Shown piece after piece: positions 1 through 12,112 of a stretch of 64,000 nucleotides of DNA. A program made the translations under genes and the position numbers. Below the pieces are notes generated by a model. The model ran no database searches. It saw only the letters and a program-made list of their open reading frames with translations, and had not been told where the DNA came from. The stretch comes from Tetramitus jugosus (Eukaryota; Protista; Heterolobosea), in the NCBI GenBank assembly GCA_937625935.1, contig OW569388.1, positions 310,001 through 374,000 on the forward strand. The letters run 5' to 3'. The stretch's first letter is position 1, and every line of letters begins with the position of its first letter.

Positions 1-122
1 AAGAAACATCATCTTCTTCTTCTTCAAAATCGATTCATAATAATAATAACATTAGTAGTAGTAGTAGTCATAGTACTGTTCATACTAGCAGTAGCAGTAG
101 TGGTAGTGGTAATAATAGTAAT

Positions 123-3100
123 ATGTTGAGTAAATCACCCAATAGTAATAGTAGCATGTCATCACTGTTGTTCTCAACAGGAAATTCCATGAAAAAAAAT
201 TGGAACAAATTTTTAATGGGAAACAATAATAATAACAACAACAATAGTAACAATCATTCAATTGAAAATGCAACTCTTTTAAATTCTAATAATAATAATA
301 ATAGTAATAATAATAGTAATATGGTTGAAAATGAACCATTGCGCATCTATTCCAATGGTTCTTCCTCCAATTCGATTCTGTGTTTTGGTGATGTGACTTG
401 TCCGTTGATTTCCGTGTTTTTTCACACGAATAACAACTCTAGCAGTAGTAGTGCGAATAGTGCTAGACAATCAAGTAAAAGTGGTGAATCTGCTCATGTG
501 AATGAATCAAATCAAGCATCAGGAGCACACCACATGGACACGTATTTGTTTGCGTTACAACAGAATGGAAATTTGTGGATTTGGCATTTTGATGAAGTGC
601 TGTATGTGTGGAACAGTTGTGGATGTAGAAAATTGATTGATCTTTTTGCATCATCATCATCATCATCATCGAATCATCATAATAATAGTGGTGGTAGTGG
701 TAGTAGTCGTAACGATAAATCGCATGTAAATAGACAGAGTGGTGATCGTGATGATGTGAGTGAAGAAGATATAAATAGTACGGAGAAGAGTGTGAGAATT
801 TTGAATGCGGCGTTTGTACCGTCGCTTCAAAGATTGGTTTGGACTCAAATGACCACGTGTACTCGACGAAAGAAGAGTAGTACATCGAATAAGAATGATT
901 CTGCTGATGCAATGATGATGAATGATTTGGAACAGAATAGTAGTGATGATGATGAAATGATGGAAAAGGACATTGTTGTTTCGGTGATGACGGCGATGCT
1001 AAAGTATGAAAAATCGTCGACTACTGCTGCAACATCATCGTCACCATTGTTTGATATTGGACCAGTGAGTGTCGTTCGAACGTGGAACTCTCTGCCGACG
1101 AGCAATGAAATGATCAGAGGTGACATGAGTCAGTGCGTTCTTGATCTTCAACCATCCAAGAATGGTTTCTGGATGTTTACACCAGACAACATTCAACATA
1201 TATCCTTGGATGTGGATGGTCATTATCCGTCATCTGTGGTTCCCGGTGTTCACATTCGCCATTTTGTTCAGTTCATGACCACCATCGAAACATTGAAACC
1301 AGCTCCTACTGTGACGCAGGCAGCTGATTCGAACTCTGAGTCAAGTGTTGATAACAATAGCAATCATCAGAATTCGACTACGCCGGATCAGTACTATGTG
1401 GCACATTATGTGCATCCTTCTTCGAGAGAACTCGTGTTGCTCGATATGAATTGCGAAGTTCATGTGATTGCTCCGTCAACCATGACTCAGACTGTACTCT
1501 CTGTTCGCAAGCTGAAGCAACCGATTACTCAGTTCTCCATTGACGAAAAAATTAATCTGTACAAGAAGTTGATTGTTCACTATGATCAAGCGAAGAAGTC
1601 GCCTGCAACGACACCCAATACAATCTTAACATTGAGAAAGCAGGCTGCTCAATGCCGACAAGGAACATTTGTAGAACTATTTTTCATGCATAATACGATA
1701 TTGAGCATTACTGATCAGGAGTCTATCACAATGTACGAGCCAAAAACCTGTGCTAAGCTAGGACAAGCACAACTACCAAATGAAATTGCTCTGGACGACA
1801 AATTTTACTCTCAAGCTGGTGCCAAGTCGATTGTTTGGCAATTCTATGGTCCAAATCAGAGACCGGGATTGTTTAGCAGCAGTGGTCTGTACTACATCAA
1901 GTGCCCACCCATGGCTGATCTCCTGAAGCAAACTGTTGATCAGTTGGCAGCTGTGTCTCCTGGTTGGAACATTCGAGATCATGATCTGTACCATATTGCC
2001 AATAGAGCCAAGCAATGGGGACTAGAGCCCTGGTATGTGAAGTATGTACTGAAACTCGTGATCCAAGATGCAGAACAGATGCAAAAGAAGAATTATCTTG
2101 GAAGTTCAAAGCAGAGCACGAACGATATACCTAGTAACTCGAGCAATCTGATGGATTTCGAAGCAAACATCAATACCAAGAAGAAACTACTTCAGGAACT
2201 GACAGAGAAGCTCGAGAATCCATCTCTGGTCTGGACAGCCACAAAGTCTCTTGCAGAACAAAAACATATTCTGTCCCAGGTGGCACAGTTTCTCATGCAC
2301 TTCCCATGTCCTGATTCATCATTCTGGAAGACTGAGAAGCAAACTCATCTTAGTCAGACACTGCAACAAAAATTCAAGAGTTTGAGTTCATCGAGCAACG
2401 TGCCCGATCAAGACCAATCTGATGCGTCATGTGTGTCTCAGTGGGATCAACTGATGAACGAAGTGAGCAACATTCAACGATCTGATATCACCCCATTCGA
2501 TATTTATGATAAGATGACTCCTTTGAATCTATCAATTGTACCAACATTGGCCAAGTCTCTCTCATTGAGCAAAGAGCAAATTGACAACTTTTCTGAAGAG
2601 TTGCCATCATTCTCTCGAGCATCTGAAAGTGAAGCTGAATCGAGCTTGAGTCGTGTTGCAACAGAGAAGTCAATTGATCAATCAGTCATTAAGAATTTGA
2701 GTGCTATTGAGCTAGAAGATCTCGCTAGACAGCAACCCTTGCCTGTTCTCAGAGCACTGTGTGAATTGTGTGGATTGACTTCCTTCTTGGACTACATTGA
2801 CAACAAAGCTGTTCCTTCACAAGAGATGAAGTTCTGTCCATCCAAGTCTAATCTTGTGTTGGGATACACGATACCAGATCACACTGAAATCAACAAGATT
2901 CTCTTGGACAATTTTGAGTTGTCTCATGATGAATTATTGGCTCAGTTCGATCCTGCTTGCATGAGCAGACCAATGACTCAGCTTGAAGCTGTTTCACCAG
3001 ACTTGGCCTTCAACAGAGATAATGCCGCTTCTGATCTGATCTCTAATCATGCCAATGCTACCTATTTCTCATCGTTTAACGTGTTTGCCGGATGCAATTA

Positions 3101-4028
3101 CTTTGAGATACTGGGTCGATTGCTGTTTGAGTCCACACAACACCCTGCACTGATCGTTGTTCTCATTTCCATGATTCATAGATGTCATATTGATCAAATG
3201 AAGAAGGAGATTGAAAAGTTGGAAGCTCAGTTGAACAAAATGCTTGCACAGCCGAACAAGAGCGTATCAGAACAAGTTAGAAAGCATCTGTTGGATATAC
3301 AGAGACAAAAAATCAATCACTTGAACAAATTCATGAACACCAAGGATGCTGTTTTCAATAGTTCCGAAAGCATCTTCAAAACATTTTATTCATCGAGAGC
3401 ACTCGAGCTTTTGCACTCGGTTTATTACTCATCAGACATGCTCAGATTCGATAACCTGAAATCAGGCTCAAGTGACGGCGGGTACACGAATGAACAATTG
3501 TTGACCATATGCCAAATGTTGCTGTGGAACGGACAGGTTCTTCCTGCGATACAACTATTGCTGCCAAAACAATTGGACGAGCACGTAGTGAACGTGTTGC
3601 GATTGTATGTCATCCAACAACAGTATCAGAGCAACTCTCCGCTCAATTCAGTAGCCAAGTATGAACTCGACTATCAAAGCATTCAATTGTCTCATGAACA
3701 ACAATGTGAACTGGTTCATATTCTCACTGGATATTGCATTAACCAACACAATGAAAAGAGAGATAGTGAGCTGTGGTCTCTTGTTTGGGAATTAATCCCA
3801 ATGTCATATAATCCATTCGAATTCATTAAGCAGTTTGAAAGAGTCAACAACCATTCCAACAATGACGAAGTTGAAGATTTCGAACCACAACCCACTCAAC
3901 GATGCAACATGTTTGCAGCAAGGAGCACCGATACCTCGGCACAGAGCGGTACGCTCTCTATGGAAGAGTTGATTGATAACCTTCAAAACAAGTTTGTGAC
4001 TCGAACGAGCATTCACAATCTCTTCTAA
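123..4028 (+). CDS. Large hypothetical protein (N/S-rich N-terminus, probable beta-propeller then helical solenoid); possibly HPS6/BLOC-2-like
   Basis: Uninterrupted 1301-aa ORF; beta-rich N half and helical C half. The family guess is weak. Confidence 0.55.
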   Translation: MLSKSPNSNSSMSSLLFSTGNSMKKNWNKFLMGNNNNNNNNSNNHSIENATLLNSNNNNNSNNNSNMVENEPLRIYSNGSSSNSILCFGDVTCPLISVFFHTNNNSSSSSANSARQSSKSGESAHVNESNQASGAHHMDTYLFALQQNGNLWIWHFDEVLYVWNSCGCRKLIDLFASSSSSSSNHHNNSGGSGSSRNDKSHVNRQSGDRDDVSEEDINSTEKSVRILNAAFVPSLQRLVWTQMTTCTRRKKSSTSNKNDSADAMMMNDLEQNSSDDDEMMEKDIVVSVMTAMLKYEKSSTTAATSSSPLFDIGPVSVVRTWNSLPTSNEMIRGDMSQCVLDLQPSKNGFWMFTPDNIQHISLDVDGHYPSSVVPGVHIRHFVQFMTTIETLKPAPTVTQAADSNSESSVDNNSNHQNSTTPDQYYVAHYVHPSSRELVLLDMNCEVHVIAPSTMTQTVLSVRKLKQPITQFSIDEKINLYKKLIVHYDQAKKSPATTPNTILTLRKQAAQCRQGTFVELFFMHNTILSITDQESITMYEPKTCAKLGQAQLPNEIALDDKFYSQAGAKSIVWQFYGPNQRPGLFSSSGLYYIKCPPMADLLKQTVDQLAAVSPGWNIRDHDLYHIANRAKQWGLEPWYVKYVLKLVIQDAEQMQKKNYLGSSKQSTNDIPSNSSNLMDFEANINTKKKLLQELTEKLENPSLVWTATKSLAEQKHILSQVAQFLMHFPCPDSSFWKTEKQTHLSQTLQQKFKSLSSSSNVPDQDQSDASCVSQWDQLMNEVSNIQRSDITPFDIYDKMTPLNLSIVPTLAKSLSLSKEQIDNFSEELPSFSRASESEAESSLSRVATEKSIDQSVIKNLSAIELEDLARQQPLPVLRALCELCGLTSFLDYIDNKAVPSQEMKFCPSKSNLVLGYTIPDHTEINKILLDNFELSHDELLAQFDPACMSRPMTQLEAVSPDLAFNRDNAASDLISNHANATYFSSFNVFAGCNYFEILGRLLFESTQHPALIVVLISMIHRCHIDQMKKEIEKLEAQLNKMLAQPNKSVSEQVRKHLLDIQRQKINHLNKFMNTKDAVFNSSESIFKTFYSSRALELLHSVYYSSDMLRFDNLKSGSSDGGYTNEQLLTICQMLLWNGQVLPAIQLLLPKQLDEHVVNVLRLYVIQQQYQSNSPLNSVAKYELDYQSIQLSHEQQCELVHILTGYCINQHNEKRDSELWSLVWELIPMSYNPFEFIKQFERVNNHSNNDEVEDFEPQPTQRCNMFAARSTDTSAQSGTLSMEELIDNLQNKFVTRTSIHNLF

Positions 4029-4061
4029 ATTATTTTGATATACTACTAGTACAGTTTGTTT

Positions 4062-7000
4062 TTATTCAAAAACACAATAAATTAGATCTCTGGCAGCCAG
4101 AGCAGAAGTGAAATCCCCAGTCAATTCGATTCGACTCTCTATGTTGTTTTGATCTACCTGGCGTAAGTATAATCCATGAAGATTTGTGAATCCATAGCAA
4201 GATTTAAAGTCCTTAGACTTGGCTAGAATTTCGTTCGTGAGATAAGGGAGATCCGTCACCTTCAGGTTGTCAACAGTTATAAACGTGTCTGCAATCTCGT
4301 TCATCATTTCGCCCTGCTTAACCACGTACTTGATAAATAACAACATGGTGTTACCCATTGAATTCATGAACAATAAATGAGGATCAGACTCTGCAAACAA
4401 CGAGTCGTGTGCAACAACTTCCTCTTCATCATCATCGTCGTCGTCGCTGTCGTCTTCATGAGCAGCAGTCACACGCGAAGTGGAACGACCTGTTAAACGA
4501 GCCACTTTTTGTCCAAAATCATCCGAGTCCGAGTCTGATTGTCCATGAATGTCAATTTCGTTCAACTTCTTGGCACTTCTCGTATTGACTCTCTTTCTCT
4601 TCAATGGAGAAGAGACGGAGACATGAGAGGACGCTGACAAGGGAGATACCGAAGGAGATGCCGAGGAAAGACAATAGTTGCAGTACCATGCGACTTCACC
4701 GTTGGTTCGCTCAGTGTCCTCTTCACCATCCATGCACGTTGCACAAAAGCTCTTATCACATGATCGACAGAGATTGAGTGACGATGTTTGATGTGATCCT
4801 TGTGGCTTGTTGTTGCACATGGCACAGCACTTGCAATCAGTGCATACCCATTTGAAAAAGAGTGACTCATCGAGCTTCTTGTTTGCATAGCAACGTCTGT
4901 GGCACCATTTGGCGCATTTTGTGCACTTGAGCCATATGGATCGATTAGCCTTATTGAGATGTTCCGTGTGACATTCCATGCACTTATCACCTGGTTCTGG
5001 ACATGGGTGTTGGTGAGCATTGTTGCTCTGCTGTTGATTGGAATTCATGAGCAAAGGATGACCAGTACCGGAAACTACATGGCCACTGCCGCTACTACTA
5101 CCACCAGCATTGGAGTTTGATGTAGCAATTGTCAATCCTGATGTTCTTTGTTGACCATTACTATGTCTGAACTGGATATCAACCGGAGAAAATGAACCGC
5201 CAAAATCCAAATCTACAGAGGAACTGTTTGTGATAATTTTGGCGGGAAATGCATTGTCCTTGGCCTTCTTGTGATGAGCGTAGCACTTGTTGTAGCAAGT
5301 GGCGCAAATCTTGCCCTTCTCTCCACTCTGTCTCAAGTTTGGAAACACAGCCTTGTACCTAGCAAAGTTGTCCATGGTGAGTGCATAGCCCTTGGCGAAC
5401 GATACATTGTCTCTCTTACATATGCTACACACTTGTTGAGCAGCAGGGAACTGAGAAGCATTGCCTGAACCGGGACTAGAAGCAGACGAGGAAGGTGAAC
5501 CACGATTGGAAGGAGACGAAGCATTGGCACGTTGTTTGGCCTTGGAGCTATTGTTTTGTCTTCGAGAAGCTACAGTCGCAGCAAACTGATGACCACCACC
5601 ATTGTTCACTGTATTGGATCCAGACGTTGGAGTAACAGGGGTACCAGGGGGACTCATGAGCTGATGATGCTGCGGAGTTCCATTGGGCGATGTGAGAATA
5701 CCAGGAGAAAGTGTATTGTCGAGGTGACCTTGTAGGTATCCAGCAGTGTGATATCCATGCGCGGAGTAAAAGGCATTTGGGTGTTGCTGCTGCTGTTGAT
5801 GGTGTTGTGGGTGGTGATGGTGGTGGTGCTGAGCGGCAGAATGGGGGTGTTGCTGCTGCTGATGGTGATGCTGAGGATGAGCGGCAAAATTTAATCCGTT
5901 GTGCGCATTTGTTGTATTGAGCCCATTCGGAGTATTATTACCCCCTAAAGAGTCCAAATGAACAAATGAGTGCTGCTGATGCTGCTGATGGTGTTGTTGT
6001 GGATAAGGATTTCCCATAAGCAACTGATTAAACTCTCCTGCCAATGCAGTCGTAGGTGTATTCATTGGACTAGAGTTCTGTGAAGAAGAATGTTGATTAT
6101 GGTGATTGTGAGCTGCATAATTGTGATGTTGTTGTTGTTGCTCATGACCATTGTTATTATGGTGATGTTGTTGAGCATGGTGGTGCTGATGGTGAGCATG
6201 ATTATGATCATAGCTATGATGTTGATGACCATTGTTTCCACCATTGTTCAACTGTTGAACTGCTGCTGCTGAGTTGGTATACAAGTGCTGTTGATGCTGA
6301 TACTCATGTGACTGCTGTTGCTGTTGTTGTTGTTGTGTCAGTGCAGCAGCAGTAGCTGTCGTATACTGAGCTTGTTGTTGTTGTTGAGTATAGTGAGCAT
6401 GATTGTGATGTCTCAGATTGTCATCCGTATTGTTGTTATCCAACTGTGAAAAGTGATGTTGTTGTTGATGCTGATGTGGGTGATGATCCCAAGCATGTTG
6501 TTGTTGTTGATAGCTATGGTTGTTGTTGTTGTTGTTAGTATTGTTGTTATGACTGTGATCATCCAATAGAGTTACAAACGCAGATTCTCCTCCAGTTAAA
6601 ACTCCACCACCATTACTACTACTACTACTACTGTTATTGTTATTATGGTTCAGGTGATGGTGATTATGATGATGAGAAGGATGAACTGTAGTGTGGTGGT
6701 GCTGCTGATGCTGATGGTGATGATGGTTCGGTATCACTTGACCAGCTTCAGCGATCGATTGTTGTTGTTGTGAAGTGAGTGAATGAGTGTAATCTTGATG
6801 TTGTTGTTGTTGTTGTTGAGGAAAAATCGTAGTGGTGGTAGAGCTATAGGAGAGAGTCGTTGTTGGAAAGCTCTGATGAGATTGCTGCTGTTGTTGTTGT
6901 TGTTGATGTTGGTGTTGTTGAGAAGTGGGAACAACTGTCGTAGCAACAGATGTCGATTGTGCTGTAGCTGTTGGACTGCTGCTGCTGCTGTAGTGAAAAT

Positions 7001-7124
7001 TGTGGTGTTCACCGTGTGTGTGTCCGTTAGCAGCAGCAACTGAAGCAACAGCTCCTACGACAACGTTGTTGCCATTGACATTGTTGTTTGAGGTATTGTT
7101 ATGTGTAGTAGTCGTGGTTGCCAT
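4062..7124 (-). CDS. Q/H/N-rich protein with a CxxC...CxxC zinc module and tandem PHD fingers (chromatin reader)
   Basis: CMEC...CTKC...H..C...WVCTDC followed directly by CAMC...CRSC...C..C...WYCNYC, a double-PHD pattern; long low-complexity N-terminus. Confidence 0.75.
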   Translation of the reverse strand: MATTTTTHNNTSNNNVNGNNVVVGAVASVAAANGHTHGEHHNFHYSSSSSPTATAQSTSVATTVVPTSQQHQHQQQQQQQQSHQSFPTTTLSYSSTTTTIFPQQQQQQHQDYTHSLTSQQQQSIAEAGQVIPNHHHHQHQQHHHTTVHPSHHHNHHHLNHNNNNSSSSSSNGGGVLTGGESAFVTLLDDHSHNNNTNNNNNNHSYQQQQHAWDHHPHQHQQQHHFSQLDNNNTDDNLRHHNHAHYTQQQQQAQYTTATAAALTQQQQQQQQSHEYQHQQHLYTNSAAAVQQLNNGGNNGHQHHSYDHNHAHHQHHHAQQHHHNNNGHEQQQQHHNYAAHNHHNQHSSSQNSSPMNTPTTALAGEFNQLLMGNPYPQQHHQQHQQHSFVHLDSLGGNNTPNGLNTTNAHNGLNFAAHPQHHHQQQQHPHSAAQHHHHHHPQHHQQQQQHPNAFYSAHGYHTAGYLQGHLDNTLSPGILTSPNGTPQHHQLMSPPGTPVTPTSGSNTVNNGGGHQFAATVASRRQNNSSKAKQRANASSPSNRGSPSSSASSPGSGNASQFPAAQQVCSICKRDNVSFAKGYALTMDNFARYKAVFPNLRQSGEKGKICATCYNKCYAHHKKAKDNAFPAKIITNSSSVDLDFGGSFSPVDIQFRHSNGQQRTSGLTIATSNSNAGGSSSGSGHVVSGTGHPLLMNSNQQQSNNAHQHPCPEPGDKCMECHTEHLNKANRSIWLKCTKCAKWCHRRCYANKKLDESLFFKWVCTDCKCCAMCNNKPQGSHQTSSLNLCRSCDKSFCATCMDGEEDTERTNGEVAWYCNYCLSSASPSVSPLSASSHVSVSSPLKRKRVNTRSAKKLNEIDIHGQSDSDSDDFGQKVARLTGRSTSRVTAAHEDDSDDDDDDEEEVVAHDSLFAESDPHLLFMNSMGNTMLLFIKYVVKQGEMMNEIADTFITVDNLKVTDLPYLTNEILAKSKDFKSCYGFTNLHGLYLRQVDQNNIESRIELTGDFTSALAARDLIYCVFE

Positions 7125-8497
7125 TGTGTTGTTGGTTTGGATCGATCGATTGTCGTTTGCTAAAAAAGTCGTAGTCTGTGTTGGATTTTGTTTTTGGGTG
7201 GGTTGTTCGTCTCAGATTGGAAGTGGGTGTCACCAACTTTTTTTTTTCTTATGTGTGAAAAGGAGGGTCAGAATCTTCTGTTGTTGTAATTGTTGTGCAA
7301 GTCTTGATACCAGAGAGCTATTGTGGTGGTTTTGTCAAAAAGGCCAAAGAGCAAAGTGACAAAATGAGCAGCTGCAGACAGGGGAGAGAACTCTGAAAAA
7401 ATTTCTTTGTGTTTGAAAGTGTGATCAGAACTGAAAGAAAGGTGGATTTTGGGTTCTGTTGGTTTTTGTTTTGTTTGAGTTTTTGGGGAGGGAGCTCACA
7501 AGTGAATGGATATCGCAGAGTTTGTTCAAATGGATATTGTGCTCAGGGCCCTGTTGCAAACGTTTCCTACTGAGAATGAGAGAAGTTTTGTGTTGTTGTT
7601 TGGGTGTGCTTGTGTTTTTGGGTGTGTGGTCTCTCAGGGAGGATGACACTCACGGGGTGGGTTACCACAAACAACAGATGCTCGCGCAAAGTGACAAGCT
7701 CTTGCCTTGCTATGACCAACAATTGGTGTGTGTTCTGAATTCAGCCCCAAGTGAGGGCCACTTGGAAGTCGGGTTGTAAAGTGTATACTACAAAAGGGTG
7801 AAAGGTGAGAGCCCGTGTTCCAAAAGGCCGCGTCAAAATTTACGATTTTTTCGATTCTTTCAATCGATGATGTTTACCAGAACAAGAGTTTTTTCTTTTT
7901 TAGGTGGTTATTGAACCACACCGTAACTTGGTCGACTGGTAACGGATTGTCATCTTCATGGTTTATTCTCCCAGCTCTGTTGTGTTGTGCTGCTGCCAAC
8001 AGAAACGAATTGGAAACAATAGTTAGAGGTACAGAGGTTGATGGGATATGATATGAGGCGCCTGTTTCTGACCTGTATCGTGCAATCATTGTCCACAAAG
8101 ACTTGGTTCTCAATGTAACCACCAGTTGCACGGTCGGAGGGTTGTACAGTACTTCAAGGCCAGCCAAAATCAAGCACACATCATTGTTTAGCCAATATTT
8201 AGAATATGAAACTCACTGGCAGAAGAAAGCGAAAGTTGAGTGCTAAAAAGAGAACAGCACAAGTTGTAGTATACAACTACAACTATGTGTGTGCGCGATT
8301 CAAATTAGGTGAACAAATAAGCTAACTTATTGATAGTTCTATGATTCAAAATCGCTAACATTCCAACTCTAGATTATTCTCTATTGACCTATTGTCAGCC
8401 CTATCAGCTGTTGCGTATGGCCCAAGTCTGTCATTCCATGAACAATGATCTTTAATGTGGAGTCATCCATGACCAACCACCTGCATCGTCCTCATGT

Positions 8498-8989
8498 ATG
8501 ACTGGTGAAGCAGGGCTAACAAAGGAACAATTGAGTAACAAGTTGGAGTTGAATCTACAGCTGGAAGAGGGCATTGACAACTGGTTGGATCAGTACAAGT
8601 TGATCTGTTCTTACGCGTGGGAAGCATCAAGCTCCAACCCTTCTCGAGTGCTTGACTTTACCAACGAGGATCGAACTGTAGAGAATCCTCATGTTCGTGA
8701 TTCCTACTGGGCCACTACAAGAGCAGCAAGAACACTGACTGCAGGTCACAGTTACCGATGGGAGATTGAAATCAATGAATTTTCACCAAACTTGGCAAAC
8801 ACTTTGTGGATTGTTGGTATCGAAAGTCCACTCTTTCCGTTCATTGATCAATCCACCAGTGATGTCATTGGATGTCAATCACAGCTTGGGTGCTTGGTTG
8901 CAATGTCATGCAACCTGCTGCGGAGTATATATCGATTCATGAAACTTCGAGTCTGTGGTCATCATTTTATTGTTTCGGTCAATTCCTGA
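8498..8989 (+). pseudogene. SPRY/B30.2-like domain fragment
   Basis: TRAARTLTAGHSYRWEIEINE...LWIVGIE resembles a SPRY N-terminal half; the frame degenerates afterwards. Confidence 0.45.
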
Positions 8990-9582
8990 ACAATCCGTCG
9001 TGTTCATGAGTTTTTCTTGGTGCAGGTCAATACATTCGTAGATGTCAGGTCATCTTCCACATTTTTGTGGATACCCGTACCACATGTGAGTTTGGTTTCC
9101 GCTGCCCAAAATACTACCATAAATTGCAAACAATTTGAGCAACATTACTGATTTGAAACATGACTGTACTTCGTCAGGATTATTTCTGAAGTCGTACTTA
9201 AACACCCTATAAAATCACGGAACGTGATCTCCCGGATGAGGATGTATAGACCGTTTGCCTGAGCGTGAATTTTGTACTGGATGCTATGCTAGCCTTGTGC
9301 TTCTTCATCCTCGTATGTTGATGATCGCTACAAACTGGTGGCTTCGGCTGCTTGATTGGGGGCTTCCTGGTCATACTGACGGGTTTCTTATTCAAAATAA
9401 ATAGAAGTTTCAAATTCTTTGCAGTGTTGTTTTCTCCCAACCAATCTCAGCTTTTGTTTGTGTTGAACTGCTCTTTGGTTTTTTGGGAAACAACCAAGGA
9501 ACACACACATGTCACAACAACAATCTTCGATCGGTGTGAGAAGACCTGACGAATTCTTTACATTTGAAGAAGAGAGCAGACT

Positions 9583-10173
9583 TTGTGCATCACACATCCG
9601 AGACGGTATCAAAAAGTTTGTTCGACGAGTGGAGGCACATTTATTCTCAGCTGGAGTGGCAGAGTGTATGGCATTGGCTCTTTAGGTGGTGTGCCGTTGA
9701 CTCAATTTTCAAAGGGATCACCGTCTGAGACCGAGACTGAGTCTCACTCTCAGTTGTTGCTGTTTGACTCTGGTGGACTGGAAGACAAGCTCTTTACGAA
9801 CATTGTAGGTGGAAACAATATTCTGCTCTTGTTCTCCACAGAGAACGAGTTGTTTGCCATTGGAGAGAATAGTTATTCACTGACGGGTCAGACTTCACCA
9901 ACACTAATGAATTCACTGACACGTACTGTTACGTTTCTGGATGAAGGTGAGTATCCATTGTTGGCTGCTGTTTGTTTCAGTAGCTCTCTGGTTTACACGA
10001 GCAAGAATCGTGTGTTTGTCATGGGTCAAACATGCTGGTTCCTCGGTGAGTCAGATGACTACTTACCACTGACATACAGATCGAACAAGAAGATTGTGAG
10101 TATGAGTGGGCTTACTTCCATGCCAAATCCGACTCTAACAAGCTCGGTACGGGCGAAACAGAGAGGGATTTGA
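9583..10173 (+). pseudogene. RCC1/BLIP-II repeat fragment
   Basis: Repeats such as TFILSWSGRVYGIG, LLFSTENELFAIGENSY and LVYTSKNRVFVMG; no ATG start, truncated. Confidence 0.5.
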
Positions 10174-10320
10174 TTCCATTGGACACGATTAAGGAAAAGG
10201 TGATTATTGCACAATGCGCCTTCAATCACTCCATCTTTGTGTTTTGAGCCCATAAAAAGATTCACTTTTTTTGCGAACCGCTTCGCGAGTCATTTTGTGA
10301 GAATTTAATGTTATCATCAA

Positions 10321-10391
10321 GCATCTGTAGTGTAGGGGTATCATGCAGCGTTGCCATCGCTGCGACCCGGGTTCGAATCCCGGCAGATGCA
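10321..10391 (+). tRNA. tRNA-Gly(GCC)
   Basis: Acceptor stem GCATCTG/CAGATGC+A; anticodon arm CAGCG-TTGCCAT-CGCTG; T arm CCGGG-TTCGAAT-CCCGG; followed by a TTTTT Pol III terminator. Confidence 0.96.
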
Positions 10392-10457
10392 TTTTTGCTC
10401 GCGAAAAGGTTTTTTGCCCGTTTTTTACGGTTCTCTCGTTTGTTGGAACCAAGAATC

Positions 10458-11504
10458 ATGGAGCAAGATCAAGGTATAGCTCTCATTCCTCCAGAAGTTG
10501 GCCATCATGATTATAACTCCTCATCACCCGAGGAAGATAGAAGAAGGAGAAGTGCCAATCTCCTGAGAAGAAGAGTAACTTCACATGGTTCTCACAATGA
10601 GATTACTGTCGAGCTCATTCAAGAACTTTGCAAGACTCAAAATCTCTATCAAACACCGTATTTGAATGACAAATTGTTTCTGCACTTTAAGGGCTTTAAA
10701 GAGATCAAGAACTTGGACTTGTACACAGAAGTGAAAGCACTGTGGCTCGAAGGCAATATTATCCTCCAAATAGAGAACTTGGATCATTTAACAAAACTAC
10801 GATGCTTGTACTTGCATCAGAATATGATTCGAAAAATTGAAGGATTGGATAATTTGAAAAAGTTGACCACTCTGAACTTGGCATCGAATCACATTACATC
10901 GATTGAGAATTTGAGTGATTGTCCAAAGTTGAGTGATCTCAACTTGGCAAACAACAAACTGAGCTCACTTGAATCAATTGAGCATTTATCTAGATGCACA
11001 AGCATCTCTGTTCTAGATCTATCGAACAATCAAATTGAAGATGAGAGAATCATCGATGTATTGAAGGACATGCCTAATTTGGGAGTGTTGTATCTCAAAG
11101 GAAACCCCGTCGTGAGTAAAATTCGAAGCTACAGAAAAGTAATGGTCTCCAACCTGCCTGGACTGAATTATCTGGATGATAGGCCAGTGTTTGAAGATGA
11201 AAGAAGGTGCACCATGGCTTGGGTGAATGGTGGTATCAAGTCTGAAACTGAAGAAAGAAGGCGAATACGGGAAGAGAAAGCTAACAAACATCGTCAAAGT
11301 ATTCAAGCGTTCAAGCAACTGCAGAAGGAGTCATTAGCAAGAAGACAAGCTGAGTTGCAATCGATTGGTGAATCCAAAGAACCAATGACAAGCGTCAATC
11401 ACTCCTCAAATGCTCTGCCAGCCACAAAAGATGATGCCTTCCAATCTCCCAACAAGAACAAGTATGATCCAGAGGAAGATGAATTGTATTATCAAGTAGA
11501 GTAA
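10458..11504 (+). CDS. DNAAF1: Dynein axonemal assembly factor 1 (LRRC50/ODA7), SDS22-like LRR protein
   Basis: [38 protein letters not shown], LRRs, and [20 protein letters not shown]...E..ER. True ATG taken at 10458, downstream of the tRNA. Confidence 0.88.
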   Translation: MEQDQGIALIPPEVGHHDYNSSSPEEDRRRRSANLLRRRVTSHGSHNEITVELIQELCKTQNLYQTPYLNDKLFLHFKGFKEIKNLDLYTEVKALWLEGNIILQIENLDHLTKLRCLYLHQNMIRKIEGLDNLKKLTTLNLASNHITSIENLSDCPKLSDLNLANNKLSSLESIEHLSRCTSISVLDLSNNQIEDERIIDVLKDMPNLGVLYLKGNPVVSKIRSYRKVMVSNLPGLNYLDDRPVFEDERRCTMAWVNGGIKSETEERRRIREEKANKHRQSIQAFKQLQKESLARRQAELQSIGESKEPMTSVNHSSNALPATKDDAFQSPNKNKYDPEEDELYYQVE

Positions 11505-11610
11505 TATCAAGCAAAGTTGACAAAAGTCCTTCCAAGAAAATACAAACAAAAAACAAAACCATTAAAAAAAACAAAGACAAGAGACTGATCTTCTCAAAAT
11601 TTGATTTGTG

Positions 11611-11979
11611 ATGACTATTGAAGCTGAGAACAAGAAGAAGGCACCATGGTTCAAGCATGAACCCTCTTGGTATTTTTCCTATTACAAGTTCAAGATGAAG
11701 CAACAGTTGAAGGGACTTGTGCTCAAGGATGTGTTGACACTGGTTGTGTTTTGCTTGTTGGGCTACTTTGCATACAAGGTTGAATTTTTTGTCGTGTTTC
11801 TCATTGTTGCCGCTCTGTATTTGCTGTATCGATTTGGGTTGGATCATGGGAAGAGTCAAGGAGGCGGAGGTGGTATCCGTTCTGCCTACAGTGTTTTCAA
11901 TGAGAATTGTCAGAGTATTCCAGGAACGTTCTCTGCGAGAGATATTGACAGGAATTTGCGTAGAGGAGGAGTCATGTAA
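11611..11979 (+). CDS. SAYSD1: SAYSvFN domain-containing membrane protein
   Basis: Hydrophobic hairpin followed by the literal SAYSVFNENCQSIPGT motif. Confidence 0.88.
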   Translation: MTIEAENKKKAPWFKHEPSWYFSYYKFKMKQQLKGLVLKDVLTLVVFCLLGYFAYKVEFFVVFLIVAALYLLYRFGLDHGKSQGGGGGIRSAYSVFNENCQSIPGTFSARDIDRNLRRGGVM

Positions 11980-12112
11980 GACACTCAAACGGTTTGTTGT
12001 TGAGATTTTGTATTGATTGTAAATATATGTAAAGGAGTAATGTTTATCATAATCTTGTTTTCATTAAAGTATTCCATGAGAACCGCACAGGGTGTACTTG
12101 TTGTGGATACTC

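Noticed and set aside
1-7124. AAT/CAA/CAT/AGT triplet runs as CRISPR or satellite arrays
   Set aside because: They are simple microsatellites, mostly encoding poly-N/Q/H/S tracts, with no repeat-spacer structure.
10308-10457. N-terminal extension of the LRR ORF
   Set aside because: It runs through the tRNA-Gly gene; the real start is more plausibly the ATG at 10458.
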